From Alphaproteobacteria bacterium (GTDB taxonomy: Bacteria > Pseudomonadota > Alphaproteobacteria > Rhodospirillales > Casp-alpha2), in the NCBI GenBank assembly GCA_024279135.1, contig JAJRRU010000014.1:23351-87350 (forward strand): a DNA stretch of 64,000 nucleotides. Direction: 5' to 3'. Positions 1-9,577 of this stretch are shown here, one piece after another. The notes under the pieces are model-generated. The model saw only the letters and a list, made by a program, of their open reading frames with translations. It did not search any database and was not told where the DNA came from. The position numbers and the translations under genes were made by a program. The number at the start of each line of letters is the position of its first letter. Within the stretch, counting starts at the first letter, position 1.

Positions 1-171
1 AATGATGTGGAGTGCCTGGGCGAAGGTACGGGCATAGCCTTACGCAAGGGCAATGAGGAACTTCGCGACGCTCTAAGCCAGGCGATCCTGGATATGCGTG
101 CTGATGGTTCATACAAAATCATCAACGACAAAACCTTTGCTGTGGACATCTACGGTCCAGAGCTACAATAG
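1..171 (+). CDS. ABC-transporter periplasmic amino-acid/opine-binding protein, C-terminal end (5' partial)
   Basis: Frame 1 is open from base 1 to TAG at 169-171 (..GIALRKGNEELRDALSQAILDMRADGSYKIINDKTF..). This resembles the C-terminus of family-3 solute-binding proteins, and two matching permease genes follow. Confidence 0.55.
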   Translation, partial: NDVECLGEGTGIALRKGNEELRDALSQAILDMRADGSYKIINDKTFAVDIYGPELQ

Positions 172-286
172 ATCTCCCTGTGCATGAGGGGGCATGATTG
201 GTGCTGTGATCAATTTGCCAATTATGCTTCCTTTGCACATCCTGCATCGCGGCTCGTTATGACTTCGACACAAAGGATCTTGAGCA

Positions 287-976
287 ATGGACATTGTCAT
301 TGGCTATCTGCCGTTAATATTGAAAGGGACTATGATTACAGTCTTGGTCTCAGTCTGTTCTGTCGTATTGTCAGTCGTTTTTGGATTGCTTGGGGCATGG
401 GGAAAGCTGTCTGGCTCCAGAGCAGCCAACCGGGCAGCAAATGCATACACCACACTAATTCGAGGCGTCCCCGATTTAGTCCTCATGTTGTTGTTGTTCT
501 ACGGTGGTCAACAGATTTTAAATGACCTTGGTGATGCTACGGGTATGTGGGGATTTTTGGAAATCAATCATTTCACGGCTGGTGTCGGGACGATTGGTTT
601 TATCTTCGGTGCCTATATGACGGAAACATTTCGCGGAGCTTATCTCGCGATCCCCGGCGGTGAGGTTGAAGCGGGTGTCGCTTGCGGCATGAGCAGGCTA
701 AAACTGGTGGTTCGCATCATCTGGCCACAATTGGTCCGTTATGCGCTACCGAGCTTTAGCAATAACTGGCTGGTTCTGCTTAAAACCACAGCATTGGTAT
801 CGGTGCTCGGTCTGCATGAGCTCGTATATGAGGCCATGACTGCGGGGCGCTCTACACGCCAGTTGTTTCCATTTCTATTTGTAGCCCTGACTATCTATTT
901 GGTTCTAACGGCATTTTCAAACACTGGATTGCGGTGGCTTGGTCGTAAATACAGTGTTGGCATAAGGAGGACCTAA
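287..976 (+). CDS. ABC transporter permease, HisQ/OccQ-type (polar amino acid/opine uptake)
   Basis: 229-aa multi-TM ORF with an EAA-like loop (MTETFRGAYLAIPGGEVEAGVACGMSRLKLVVRIIWPQ) typical of His/Glu/Gln/Arg/opine permeases. Confidence 0.85.
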   Translation: MDIVIGYLPLILKGTMITVLVSVCSVVLSVVFGLLGAWGKLSGSRAANRAANAYTTLIRGVPDLVLMLLLFYGGQQILNDLGDATGMWGFLEINHFTAGVGTIGFIFGAYMTETFRGAYLAIPGGEVEAGVACGMSRLKLVVRIIWPQLVRYALPSFSNNWLVLLKTTALVSVLGLHELVYEAMTAGRSTRQLFPFLFVALTIYLVLTAFSNTGLRWLGRKYSVGIRRT

Positions 977-978
977 TT

Positions 979-1737
979 ATGGCTGAACAGGAGAAATTTG
1001 ATCATTGGGAGGCCATTCAGCAATTTAGTGAGAATGTGTCACCGATTGATTTCTATCTGATTTTAGAAAACTGGCCCATGTTCTGGGAAGGTGCCTGGCA
1101 AACCGTGACTTTGGTTGGATTAGGGTTGTTCTTTGCTGGGATGATCGCTGTACCGCTCGCTGTTTGTCAGGTTAACCGTGTGCCAGTTCTAAGTCAGGTC
1201 GTTAGTGCTTATGCTTACTTTTTTCGGGGTACGCCACTACTCCTCCAGCTTTACCTGATTTACTATGGTTTCAGTGAAATCGATTTTATCCGGCACAGTT
1301 TTCTCTGGATCGTGTTTAAAGATGCATGGTGGTGCACACTGATCGCATTCACCATTAATTCAGCCGCTTATACCACCGAGATATTGCGTGGTGCATTTGA
1401 CCAGGTCCCTCGCGGCGAGGTTGAAGCTGCAAAATCGTGCGGAATGTCCGCTTGGAAAAGATATATACGAATAATCATACCCAGCGGACTGCGCCGGGCA
1501 CTTCCAGCCTATTCAAACGAAGTAATCTTTATGATTCACGGCAGCGTCGTGGCCAGTACAGTAACAATCATTGATATCCTCGGAGCTGGCCGAATATTAA
1601 ACGGGAGGTATTATCTTGCATACGAAGGGTTCATTGCTGCGGCTGTCATTTACATGATTATCGTTTTCATAGTTACACGCGGGTTCAATTTTTGGGAAAA
1701 ACAATGGTTCGCACATCTGCGACCTCGGGAAACTTAG
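979..1737 (+). CDS. ABC transporter permease, HisM/OccM-type
   Basis: 252-aa multi-TM ORF starting 3 nt after the previous gene. The EAA loop reads TTEILRGAFDQVPRGEVEAAKSCGMSAWKRYIRIIIPS. Confidence 0.85.
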   Translation: MAEQEKFDHWEAIQQFSENVSPIDFYLILENWPMFWEGAWQTVTLVGLGLFFAGMIAVPLAVCQVNRVPVLSQVVSAYAYFFRGTPLLLQLYLIYYGFSEIDFIRHSFLWIVFKDAWWCTLIAFTINSAAYTTEILRGAFDQVPRGEVEAAKSCGMSAWKRYIRIIIPSGLRRALPAYSNEVIFMIHGSVVASTVTIIDILGAGRILNGRYYLAYEGFIAAAVIYMIIVFIVTRGFNFWEKQWFAHLRPRET

Positions 1738-1790
1738 TTTGATAGTCTCTACAATCAAAAACCATAATGCATTATCGAGGTGTATAGTTT

Positions 1791-2933
1791 ATGTCAAATC
1801 ATCGAAATTTTCTTGAAATTAGCGTTTCTGCCCTTGAGCACAATCTCAAGGCAATTAAATCTATGATCGCAAAAGATTGTCAGTTTATGGCAATCGTTAA
1901 GGGTAATGCTTGGGGAGCGGGAACGATTGGGTGTGCCAGATCGTTCGTCCATGCCGGCGCAGATTGGATAGGGGTCACCACCGTAGAGGATGCTGCTCTC
2001 GTGAGAAACGAGTTCGATATCCCCATAATGATTATATGCGAGCCACCAAAAGGACAGATCTCTGAAGCTGCTAAATTAGATATAGATATAACCATATATT
2101 CGATCGAAACGGCTCGTCTTGTTTCCCAAGCAGCGATTGATCAAGGTCGTGAAGTCAATGTACAGATCAAGATTAATGCGGGTCTTAACCGGGTGGGGGT
2201 TCCTCCCGAAAGCGCAGCCTCTTTCTTCAATGATGTACTGCTGCTTGGTAATCTAAAGGTCGCGGGAATTTTTAGTCATTTTTCTAGTGCGGATGAATTA
2301 TCCTCGAATGATGGAGCGTGTAGAGAAGAGGCATATGAAAAAACCGAAAAGGAATTAGGACTCTTCAAGCAGGTTCTTGAAGAAATAAAGAGCCAGTCGG
2401 ATTGGATCGGTATGACACACATGGCTAATACCGGTGCAACCATTTACCTGCCGGAGAGTCACCTTGATATGGTTCGGGTCAGCACTGGATTAATGGGGCT
2501 TTATGACAGATACCCGTTTGATGGGGTCATTGATTTCAAGCAGGTTTTTAGTTGGAAAACGGAAGTTAGTCACGTTATCGACGTTGATAAAGGTCAGGGC
2601 GTTGGATATTGCTTTCCCTACAAATGCTCAGTGGATACAACCATCGTGACTATCTCATTAGGTTGGGGAGACGGACTTCCCAGAGCATTTCAAAACAGCG
2701 GGCAAGTTATGATTCGCGGATCACATTACCATATTGTCACGATGAGCATGGATATGGCCACGATTGATCTAGGAGAAAGAAGAGACGACATATCGGTTGG
2801 TGAAGAAGTTGTCATCTTTGGTGAGCAGCAAGGAAGGGTCTAGGAGCCTATGGCGCAAGGCGAGGCAATTGGCGTGGCAGCGGATGCAATATTGACGGTC
2901 ATTACTGAGAGAGTTCCACGAATTTATGTATAA
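1791..2933 (+). pseudogene. alanine racemase-family PLP enzyme interrupted by an in-frame TAG (2841-2843)
   Basis: The N-terminus has the PLP-lysine motif (AIVKGNAWGAG). The ORF stops at TAG 2841-2843, but the same frame continues ..EPMAQGEAIGVAADAILTVITERVPRIYV* to TAA 2931-2933, which is the usual alanine racemase C-terminus (..RVPRxY). Confidence 0.6.
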
Positions 2934-2950
2934 GTTGGCGGAGAAACAGA

Positions 2951-3253
2951 ATGAAAAATATATTGGTCGCTATTGATGGTTCGGAACAATCCATGCGGGC
3001 CGTTTCCACAGGTAGTAAAATTGCGGCGAAGTTTAGCGCTAAATTATTGCTGCTTATTCTGCCGGACCCGGAACTACCAGAGCACTTACGTAAACTAGCA
3101 GATGCCGAACATTTTTCCGGAGGTCACGGGAATGTTCTAAACAAGGCCGCTCAGTTTGCCCTGTCCAGTGCTGAAAAACTAGCGCAAAAGCTTCAAATCG
3201 AGATCAGATACTTTTCCCATAGCCTTTTAATTTTACCAGCAAGGCAACGGTGA
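2951..3253 (+). CDS. universal stress protein (UspA) family, probably truncated
   Basis: The N-terminus MKNILVAIDGSEQSMRAV is USP-like. The protein is only 100 aa and lacks the C-terminal ATP-binding G-x2-G-x9-G(S/T) part. Confidence 0.45.
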   Translation: MKNILVAIDGSEQSMRAVSTGSKIAAKFSAKLLLLILPDPELPEHLRKLADAEHFSGGHGNVLNKAAQFALSSAEKLAQKLQIEIRYFSHSLLILPARQR

Positions 3254-3620
3254 TACATTAGAAATTTGCAAAGTAAATACAATGAATTTGTGATGTTTCC
3301 AAGGCAACAGAATGGCTATCATATTAAAATCGTTGAAGTCCTCTAGATAGATTTTCCCGAACAGGAAAGCTGAGAAGCTAGTCATTGCAGTTGAGGACAG
3401 CTAATGTGGGGGAACCACCATAATATGTTTCCCCATAGGTTTTGGTATTAGTGATTGTCGGTTTCATGGCCAATGTTGAGGTATTCTCCTCCTCCCTTAT
3501 CATCTTGCTACAACCAGGAGATAGGCTTGTCGTGGGGTAGGAACATTTAGGCCTATTAACTGGCCTGAGGTGAATAGATTGAGAAAAACAAATACTAAAT
3601 CACGCTCCTATATAACTGTG

Positions 3621-4673
3621 ATGGCTGGTGATCTGGAACAGTTGACTTTTAGGTTGGCCTATGCCGCAGGGGCTAATGAAGAAAATGCCAAAGCCATTGC
3701 AGCCGTCCACTTGTATGCTGATCTCAGCGGCGTTGGACTTCAGGGGATTGACCATATCCCATGGTTATTGAATCAACTTGCTGATGGGAGTGTCAACGGG
3801 ACAGTCTCACCACAAATCGTCCGCCAAACCGCAGCAACGGCACTAGTGAACGGGGGCCTGGGTCCGGGTGAAGTTGCAGGGATTTTTGCCGCAGATCTGG
3901 CTATTGAAATGGCGAAAAATGTTGGGACGGCCTCGGTTGGCATTACCAATTCAAGTGACATATTTATGCTGGGCTTCTATGCCAATCGCATCGTCGAGGC
4001 GGGTCTGATAGGTATGGTTTTTACCGCTGGCCCTCCGCTCGTTCATCCTTATGGGGGTGTGGAAGCCATGTTGAGTACGAATCCTCTTGCTATGAGTTTT
4101 CCAACCGGAGACGTACCGGTCATTGTGGACATGGCGACGAGCGCGTTGTCGGGGTCTCGAATACGCCAAGCGTTTTATCACGGAGAGGAAGTTCCCGTAG
4201 GAACTGGCCTGAGCGCTGCGGGTGAGCCAACAATCAATGCCGAGGAAATACATAGAGGTGGTGTATTGGCACCTCTTGCCGGGCATAAAGGGTTTGGTCT
4301 TGCATTAAGTGTTGCCTTACTTGCCGGGCCATTGACTGGTAGTGCAATCGGTTCGGATTTAGACTGGTTGTATAATGGTGGTGAGGCCGTCGGGATGGGG
4401 CATTTTATGATTGCCATTGACCCAGGTGCATTTGGTCCATCGGATGAGTTTGCGATACAAGCTAGTGATTATATTGGGAAAATAAAATCCTCAAAAAAGG
4501 CCCCTGGCGTAAACGATATACGCATACCTGGAGAACATTCAGCCCAGGAGCGCCTTTCCAACCAAACGGGTGGTGTGAAAATTCTTATCGCAACGTGGGA
4601 AATAATCTCCAAATGTGCCGACACACTTGGTGTATCAATGCCCCAAACCTACGAGTCGTTTAGGACTCAATGA
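3621..4673 (+). CDS. Ldh_2 family (malate/L-lactate/ureidoglycolate dehydrogenase-like) oxidoreductase
   Basis: The ORF is open from 3570 and I prefer ATG 3621. Motifs along the length include GIDHIPWL, STNPLAMSFP, DMATSA and GHKGFGLAL. Confidence 0.75.
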   Translation: MAGDLEQLTFRLAYAAGANEENAKAIAAVHLYADLSGVGLQGIDHIPWLLNQLADGSVNGTVSPQIVRQTAATALVNGGLGPGEVAGIFAADLAIEMAKNVGTASVGITNSSDIFMLGFYANRIVEAGLIGMVFTAGPPLVHPYGGVEAMLSTNPLAMSFPTGDVPVIVDMATSALSGSRIRQAFYHGEEVPVGTGLSAAGEPTINAEEIHRGGVLAPLAGHKGFGLALSVALLAGPLTGSAIGSDLDWLYNGGEAVGMGHFMIAIDPGAFGPSDEFAIQASDYIGKIKSSKKAPGVNDIRIPGEHSAQERLSNQTGGVKILIATWEIISKCADTLGVSMPQTYESFRTQ

Positions 4674-4704
4674 ATAATTTTAATCATCTCTGGAGATATA
4701 GATA

Positions 4705-5823
4705 ATGCTTATTGGCGTGCCAAAGGAAATCAAAAACCATGAATACCGTGTTGGTCTGGTACCAGCCAGTGTTCGCGAACTGAGCGGTAAAGGTCATACC
4801 GTTGTTGTTGAAACTAAAGCCGGTGGCGGCATTGACTTTAGTGATGGGGATTATGAAGCCGCCGGGGCGGCCATCGCCGATACGGCCGCCGAGGTCTTCG
4901 AGAAGGCAGATATGATCGTCAAGGTCAAAGAACCGCAGGCCGTTGAATGTGCCATGCTGCGTGAAGGCCAGATCCTGTACACCTATCTGCACCTGGCACC
5001 CGATCCCACACAGACGAAAGCCCTTGTGGAAAGCGGTGCTGTATGTATCGCATATGAAACCGTTACCGCGCCTACAGGTGGTCTTCCGTTGCTGGCCCCC
5101 ATGTCACAAGTCGCTGGGCGTATGTCCATGCAGGCCGCAGCCCATTGCCTTGAAAAGGCACAGGGTGGCAGTGGCGTTCTGTTGGGCGGCGTTCCCGGTG
5201 TTGAACCGGGTAAGGTCGTCATTCTGGGCGGTGGTGTTGTTGGCTCCAACGCGGCCATGATGGCTGTAGGTCTGGGTGCTGACGTCTCTATTCTGGATCG
5301 TAACAATCTGGTTCTGGATGGTCTGGTTAATCGTTTTGGCTCAACGCTGAAGACTGTCTATTCCACCAATGATGCGGTCGAGCGTCTGGTTCAGGAAGCC
5401 GACGTTGTTATCGGTGGTGTGCTGATCCCGGGTGCTGCGGCCCCCAAGCTGGTCACAGCCGATATGATCAAGGCCATGAAGCCGGGTTCTGTTGTTGTTG
5501 ACGTGGCTGTCGATCAGGGCGGTTGTTTCGAGACCACACACGCGACCACTCACGCTGATCCGACCTATATGGTTGATGATGTGGTTCACTACTGTGTTGC
5601 CAACATGCCGGGAGGTGTGGCGCGCACGTCTACTTTTGCGTTGAACAACGCAACCCTACCTTTCGCCGTAGCACTGGCCAACAAGGGCTACAAGCAGGCT
5701 CTCATCGACGATGCGCACCTGCGTATGGGCCTGAACGTTCATCACGGTAAGATCACCAATGAACCCGTAGCCATTGATCTTGGTTACGACTTCGTGTCAC
5801 CAGAAAGTATCCTCTCTGCCTAA
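4705..5823 (+). CDS. ald: alanine dehydrogenase
   Basis: 372 aa with the classic MLIGVPKEIKNHEYRVGLVP N-terminus, a GGGVVG NAD fold and VHYCVANMPG. Confidence 0.95.
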   Translation: MLIGVPKEIKNHEYRVGLVPASVRELSGKGHTVVVETKAGGGIDFSDGDYEAAGAAIADTAAEVFEKADMIVKVKEPQAVECAMLREGQILYTYLHLAPDPTQTKALVESGAVCIAYETVTAPTGGLPLLAPMSQVAGRMSMQAAAHCLEKAQGGSGVLLGGVPGVEPGKVVILGGGVVGSNAAMMAVGLGADVSILDRNNLVLDGLVNRFGSTLKTVYSTNDAVERLVQEADVVIGGVLIPGAAAPKLVTADMIKAMKPGSVVVDVAVDQGGCFETTHATTHADPTYMVDDVVHYCVANMPGGVARTSTFALNNATLPFAVALANKGYKQALIDDAHLRMGLNVHHGKITNEPVAIDLGYDFVSPESILSA

Positions 5824-5985
5824 GGCGGCCGCTACGTTACTACCTTAGGAGTACTGTCGGGAGTTGCATGAATAGCAATTCCAGGCCATTTTTTGACTCT
5901 AGACATAACGGCGCAAACCAAATTCAAATACCTAACGTCACCACTTATAGATTAGATAATTTCTGTATTTTTTTTAATTACTAAT

Positions 5986-6363
5986 TTGCATACTTCCGAG
6001 GACAACCAAATGAATTTATTTCAAATGTTAGGATTTGGTCGAGAGAAAAGGGCGCGACAACTTACCGTAAAGGTAAGTGGTGTTCCGAGGAGTGGGGATA
6101 TTAGGGCATATGTTGACGGTCGTCATCACTGCAAATTACGGGTTGGTGATAACGATTGCTTTTTTGGTAATCAAGAATTCAAACTCAGTATTTTAATCGA
6201 TAATCTGATATTAACGCGAATTGGTATATTTGGAGAGTGTATGGAATCCAATAAAATTACCATTTCGAATGATGTGGTATCAGTACAAGTCTCAATATCT
6301 GAAGAAAACATTCCGACGATTGCGGCTAAACGAGAGAATGTCACAGGCTATACTACGCCATAG
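5986..6363 (+). CDS. hypothetical protein (AT-rich region, TTG start)
   Basis: The call rests only on an ORF in a low-GC stretch. No motif was recognised. Confidence 0.2.
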   Translation: MHTSEDNQMNLFQMLGFGREKRARQLTVKVSGVPRSGDIRAYVDGRHHCKLRVGDNDCFFGNQEFKLSILIDNLILTRIGIFGECMESNKITISNDVVSVQVSISEENIPTIAAKRENVTGYTTP

Positions 6364-6422
6364 ATACAACACAGTTAGGTAGAATAAATTTCTTGCAAAA
6401 TGTCTTTTAAAGAGGAAATGCA

Positions 6423-6593
6423 TCATCTGGTCGGCACATGAAGTGGTTCAGGCTTTTCCCGATACAGACGTTTCTTCGGTTTGATACGTAAGTTCAACTC
6501 TAACTCACAGTAGATACGGTAGACCCGTTTATGGTTCCATTTAAAGCCTTTAACATTCCGCAAATATAGAAAGCACATCATAAATCCCCAGTT
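6423..6593 (-). mobile_element. IS3-family transposase (OrfB) internal fragment
   Basis: The C-terminal 56 aa of ORF 6423..7085 (NWGFMMCFLYLRNVKGFKWNHKRVYRIYCELELNLRIKPKKRLYREKPEPLHVP) match the HTH-like region upstream of the IS3 integrase core. There is no DDE core and no IS ends. Confidence 0.55.
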
Positions 6594-7085
6594 TCGATGG
6601 GACTTCGTTAAACCGATATACAGTTTGTTCAGACGCCCAGTCGCCCGGATATCGAAAGAGCTTTCACGGACTTGCTTGACCGTGGTGATCCCGGCCAGTG
6701 GCAGGAAGAAACCAAAGTGATTGGGGAAGTCGGAATAAGTGCAAGCGACGGTTTCGCCTGAGTTCAGGCCCTCGGCTTCCAGATCGGTGCCATCGGTTGC
6801 CAGAACGAACTTCGCCTTATTGCGAGCGTTGTTGGTGGCAGGGCTGGATTTCAAGACAGCCAATGTGTCGGAGACTTCTCCCTCCGCACAAACAGCCATA
6901 TGGATATGGTTGCGCTGAAGAACACCGCCTTCAATATCCGAAGCGTTGGACGAGCCGCTTTTCAGGCGCTTGATGGTGGTGGGCTTGTTATCAAAGGCTT
7001 CTAAAAACGCATAAGGGAAGCCTTCCGGATCAAATTGTTGATCCGCCAATTCAGATATGGCTTCTTCGATCTCAACAGCGTTCAA
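6594..7085 (-). pseudogene. N-terminal fragment of an MmeI-like type IIL restriction-modification enzyme
   Basis: MNAVEIEEAISELADQQFDPEGFPYAFLEAFDNKPTTIKRLKSG..KAKFVLATDG..FFLPLAGITTVKQVRES..DIRATGRLNKLY resembles the MmeI-family N-terminal nuclease domain. The methylase and TRD parts are missing. Confidence 0.55.
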
Positions 7086-7270
7086 TTGTTCCTACTCACT
7101 TTTATCGTCATTTTCTCGTCTATCCAGGCCTCGATCTCATTTCTTTTGAAACGCCAGGAACCACCCACCTTGAAGCCAGGAATCTTACCCTCGGCAACCA
7201 GTCGATAAGCCGTCTTTTCTTTAATTTTTAGAAAAACCGAGACTTCCTTGATCGTCCAAATTTCAATCAT
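7082..7270 (-). CDS. excisionase-family helix-turn-helix DNA-binding protein
   Basis: 62 aa (WTIKEVSVFLKIKEKTAYRLVAEGKIPGFKVGGSWRFKRNEIEAWI), an HTH_17/excisionase-type fold. It has a 4-nt overlap with the MmeI-like fragment. Confidence 0.7.
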   Translation of the reverse strand: MIEIWTIKEVSVFLKIKEKTAYRLVAEGKIPGFKVGGSWRFKRNEIEAWIDEKMTIKVSRNN

Positions 7271-7339
7271 TCCAACCTATCCAAGCAGTGCTTCCGTTAA
7301 GGCCAATAGTGAAAATAAGGGAAAATCGAGAAACTAGCA

Positions 7340-8259
7340 ATGCGTGAATCAATCAAAGTGACAGTCCTTCATTTACTTTACAAATACCCGCTCAAAGAAA
7401 TGCTGAACAACCACCTTTACCTGCAACTTAATATTAATTTACATAAATGGGTTGCAACTAACGACTCTCTTCCTGTAGTGGAGACACCCCATCAATACAA
7501 CACGGAGAGTTGCGAAATGCTTAAGGCGACGCAAGCAAGAAACACTGCATGGAATTTTCTGAGAAAGAACCCCGATTACATCAGCGATTGGCATCATCCC
7601 GACACTACACCATCAATCAAAAATGACACCAATTCCCTCAACATTTATGAACAACATCAACATGATCTGTCCGCCAAGAAATGGGGATTGTTCATGTACC
7701 AAGACCCAACGGCTTCGCCTGAAAGCATAACGCCCTTCTGGTCAATCGCACCAACCCTTGATGCGGAAATCGTCCACGGTAGCCTACCACCGCTATTGCC
7801 GATGTTGCGCAAAGTTGGTGCTAAAATTACCGGACTTCTGCTGCTTAATGGTGATTTAGTCCTGAAGGTCGAGCATGGTGCGATGTCCGTTCAGGTGCGG
7901 ATCAAAGACGGGAAGAAATTTGATGAAACATCCGGCCTGACACTCCACCTGCCACTGGACCTCACGCTGCCTATCCGGCTTACACGCAGTTTGGATCTTT
8001 GGAACTTCACAACAGGTCAACAGGCTAAAAAAGTCGTCATCCAAACTTTAGTTATTATAATGAACTTCTATTCGTTCTCGATGGTGTACTTTCTGGAAAG
8101 AGCCACCGCCAGATAGCTATTGACCTGTTCGGTAAAGACGAAGTTGACGCCGAATGGTACTACGGCAGCAAAATTCGCGGTGTTGTCAGGCGGCGCATTG
8201 CTAAATCCACAAAACTGATGAACAGCGGCTACCGCGATCTTTTGATCGGCGGTGGATAG
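7340..8259 (+). CDS. DUF6499/DUF2285 (FseA-like) transcriptional regulator, in two frames joined at an A6G run (8027-8033)
   Basis: The upstream frame carries NTAWNFLRKNPDYISDWHH (DUF6499-like) and KKWGLFMYQDPTASPESITPFWS (DUF2285-like). The -1 frame from 8029 encodes YNELLFVLDGVLSGKSHRQIAIDLFGKDEVDAEWYYGSKIRGVVRRRIAKSTKLMNSGYRDLLIGGG*, a DUF2285 C-terminal HTH, ending at 8259. Confidence 0.65.
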
Positions 8260-8387
8260 CTGTGCCATCTGCTGATAAGCCCGGACATCGCCTGGGGGGC
8301 CGTTTTGTTGATACATCATTTCGGCCCTATTTTTTCAAGTTTTGCAGTGCTTCATTACCTCCTCCACCAACTACGGAGATTGAAAAC

Positions 8388-8600
8388 ATGAACGACAAAA
8401 CTGAAGCCCGATACTGGAACACAAAACATGCTGCCGACTATCTGGGCATAAGCGCGGCAACTCTGAACCGTATGCGCCTGACAGGTGATGGCCCGCGTTA
8501 CGCCAAGGCCGGAACTCGGGTAATCTATTCCCGTGACGATCTGGAAACCTGGGCGGAAGCCAACAAACGCACCTTCACCAAAGAGGTAATCAAAAAATGA
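8388..8600 (+). CDS. AlpA/excisionase-like helix-turn-helix protein
   Basis: ATG 8388 follows GGAGAT. MNDKTEARYWNTKHAADYLGISAATLNRMRLTGDGPRYAKAGTRVIYSRDDLETWA. It has an ATGA overlap with repA. Confidence 0.7.
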   Translation: MNDKTEARYWNTKHAADYLGISAATLNRMRLTGDGPRYAKAGTRVIYSRDDLETWAEANKRTFTKEVIKK

Positions 8601-9442
8601 GCTTGTTCCCTCAATCAGAGAGGCGACAGCTTGAACTGTTTTCCTGTAACCCTACCCCTGCTGGCATTCGCGACTATCAGGATTTGATGGCTTTCCCGTT
8701 CTTCTCATTGGCCAAGGGACGGCGGATCAAGCCTCTGCTCTATGATCGTGATGGCGTTATCATCAAAGTCGAAGCTGTACCGGAATATGGCATGGCGACA
8801 ATCTGGGATGCGGATATGTTGATCTGGGCAGCCAGTCAGATCATGGATGCTCGAAATCGGGGGGAGCCAACCTCACGGTTACTGCGGTTCATGCCGCACC
8901 AATTTTTGCGCTTCGCCAATCGCCCGACTGGAAAACTAGGATATGAACGATTGCGCGCCGCTTTAGATCGACTGCAATCGACCACAATCCAAACCAGCAT
9001 CCGTAGCGATGATCTGAACCTCAACCCTGTCCGCAAATCCAAACGGCTGCATCGCTTTAGTTGGATTAATGAGTGGAGCGAACTAATCGTAAATGGCGGT
9101 TACAGCCGTGGAATGGAGATCGTTCTGCCCGACTGGTTCTATCAGGGGGTCATCAACGAAAATTGGGTGCTGGCCATAGACCCGGCCTATTTCGACCTGA
9201 CAGGCGGCATAGAGCGTTGGCTCTACCGCCTTGCCCGCAAGCATGGGGGACGCAGTGAGCATGGCTGGGGATTTAGCTTCAAGGTGCTATACGAAAAAAG
9301 CGGCAGCCTAGCCCGTTTCTCAAACTTCGCGATTGACCTGCGCCGTTTAGCAAAGAACCAGAGTTTACCAGGCTACAATCTATCGCTTACTACTGACCTT
9401 AGAGGTAATGAATGCCTTAATGTCACGCGGATAGCATTTTGA
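8597..9442 (+). CDS. repA: replication initiator protein A (RepA/RPA family)
   Basis: 281 aa. MAFPFFSLAKGRRIKPLLYDRDGVIIKVEAVPEYGMATIWDADMLIWAASQI is characteristic of the alphaproteobacterial replication initiator protein A family. The iteron region lies 1.2 kb downstream. Confidence 0.8.
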   Translation: MSLFPQSERRQLELFSCNPTPAGIRDYQDLMAFPFFSLAKGRRIKPLLYDRDGVIIKVEAVPEYGMATIWDADMLIWAASQIMDARNRGEPTSRLLRFMPHQFLRFANRPTGKLGYERLRAALDRLQSTTIQTSIRSDDLNLNPVRKSKRLHRFSWINEWSELIVNGGYSRGMEIVLPDWFYQGVINENWVLAIDPAYFDLTGGIERWLYRLARKHGGRSEHGWGFSFKVLYEKSGSLARFSNFAIDLRRLAKNQSLPGYNLSLTTDLRGNECLNVTRIAF

Positions 9443-9577
9443 ACGAAACGCAAACGCTTATATAACACCCACTCTACCAATAGATCTAAGGCAAAGCATA
9501 AACAATTGCGCATACAATCGTCGAAATCGTGCGGCTATATTTCACGTCAACATGAATAAGTGTTATAAGCAAATATC

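Noticed and set aside
184-525. 113-aa ORF overlapping the start of the first permease gene
   Set aside because: It overlaps the strongly supported permease ORF (287..976) in another frame and has no motif.
8068-8319. 83-aa minus-strand ORF
   Set aside because: It is antisense to the plus-strand -1 frame, which encodes a clean DUF2285 C-terminal HTH. The plus-strand reading explains the region better.
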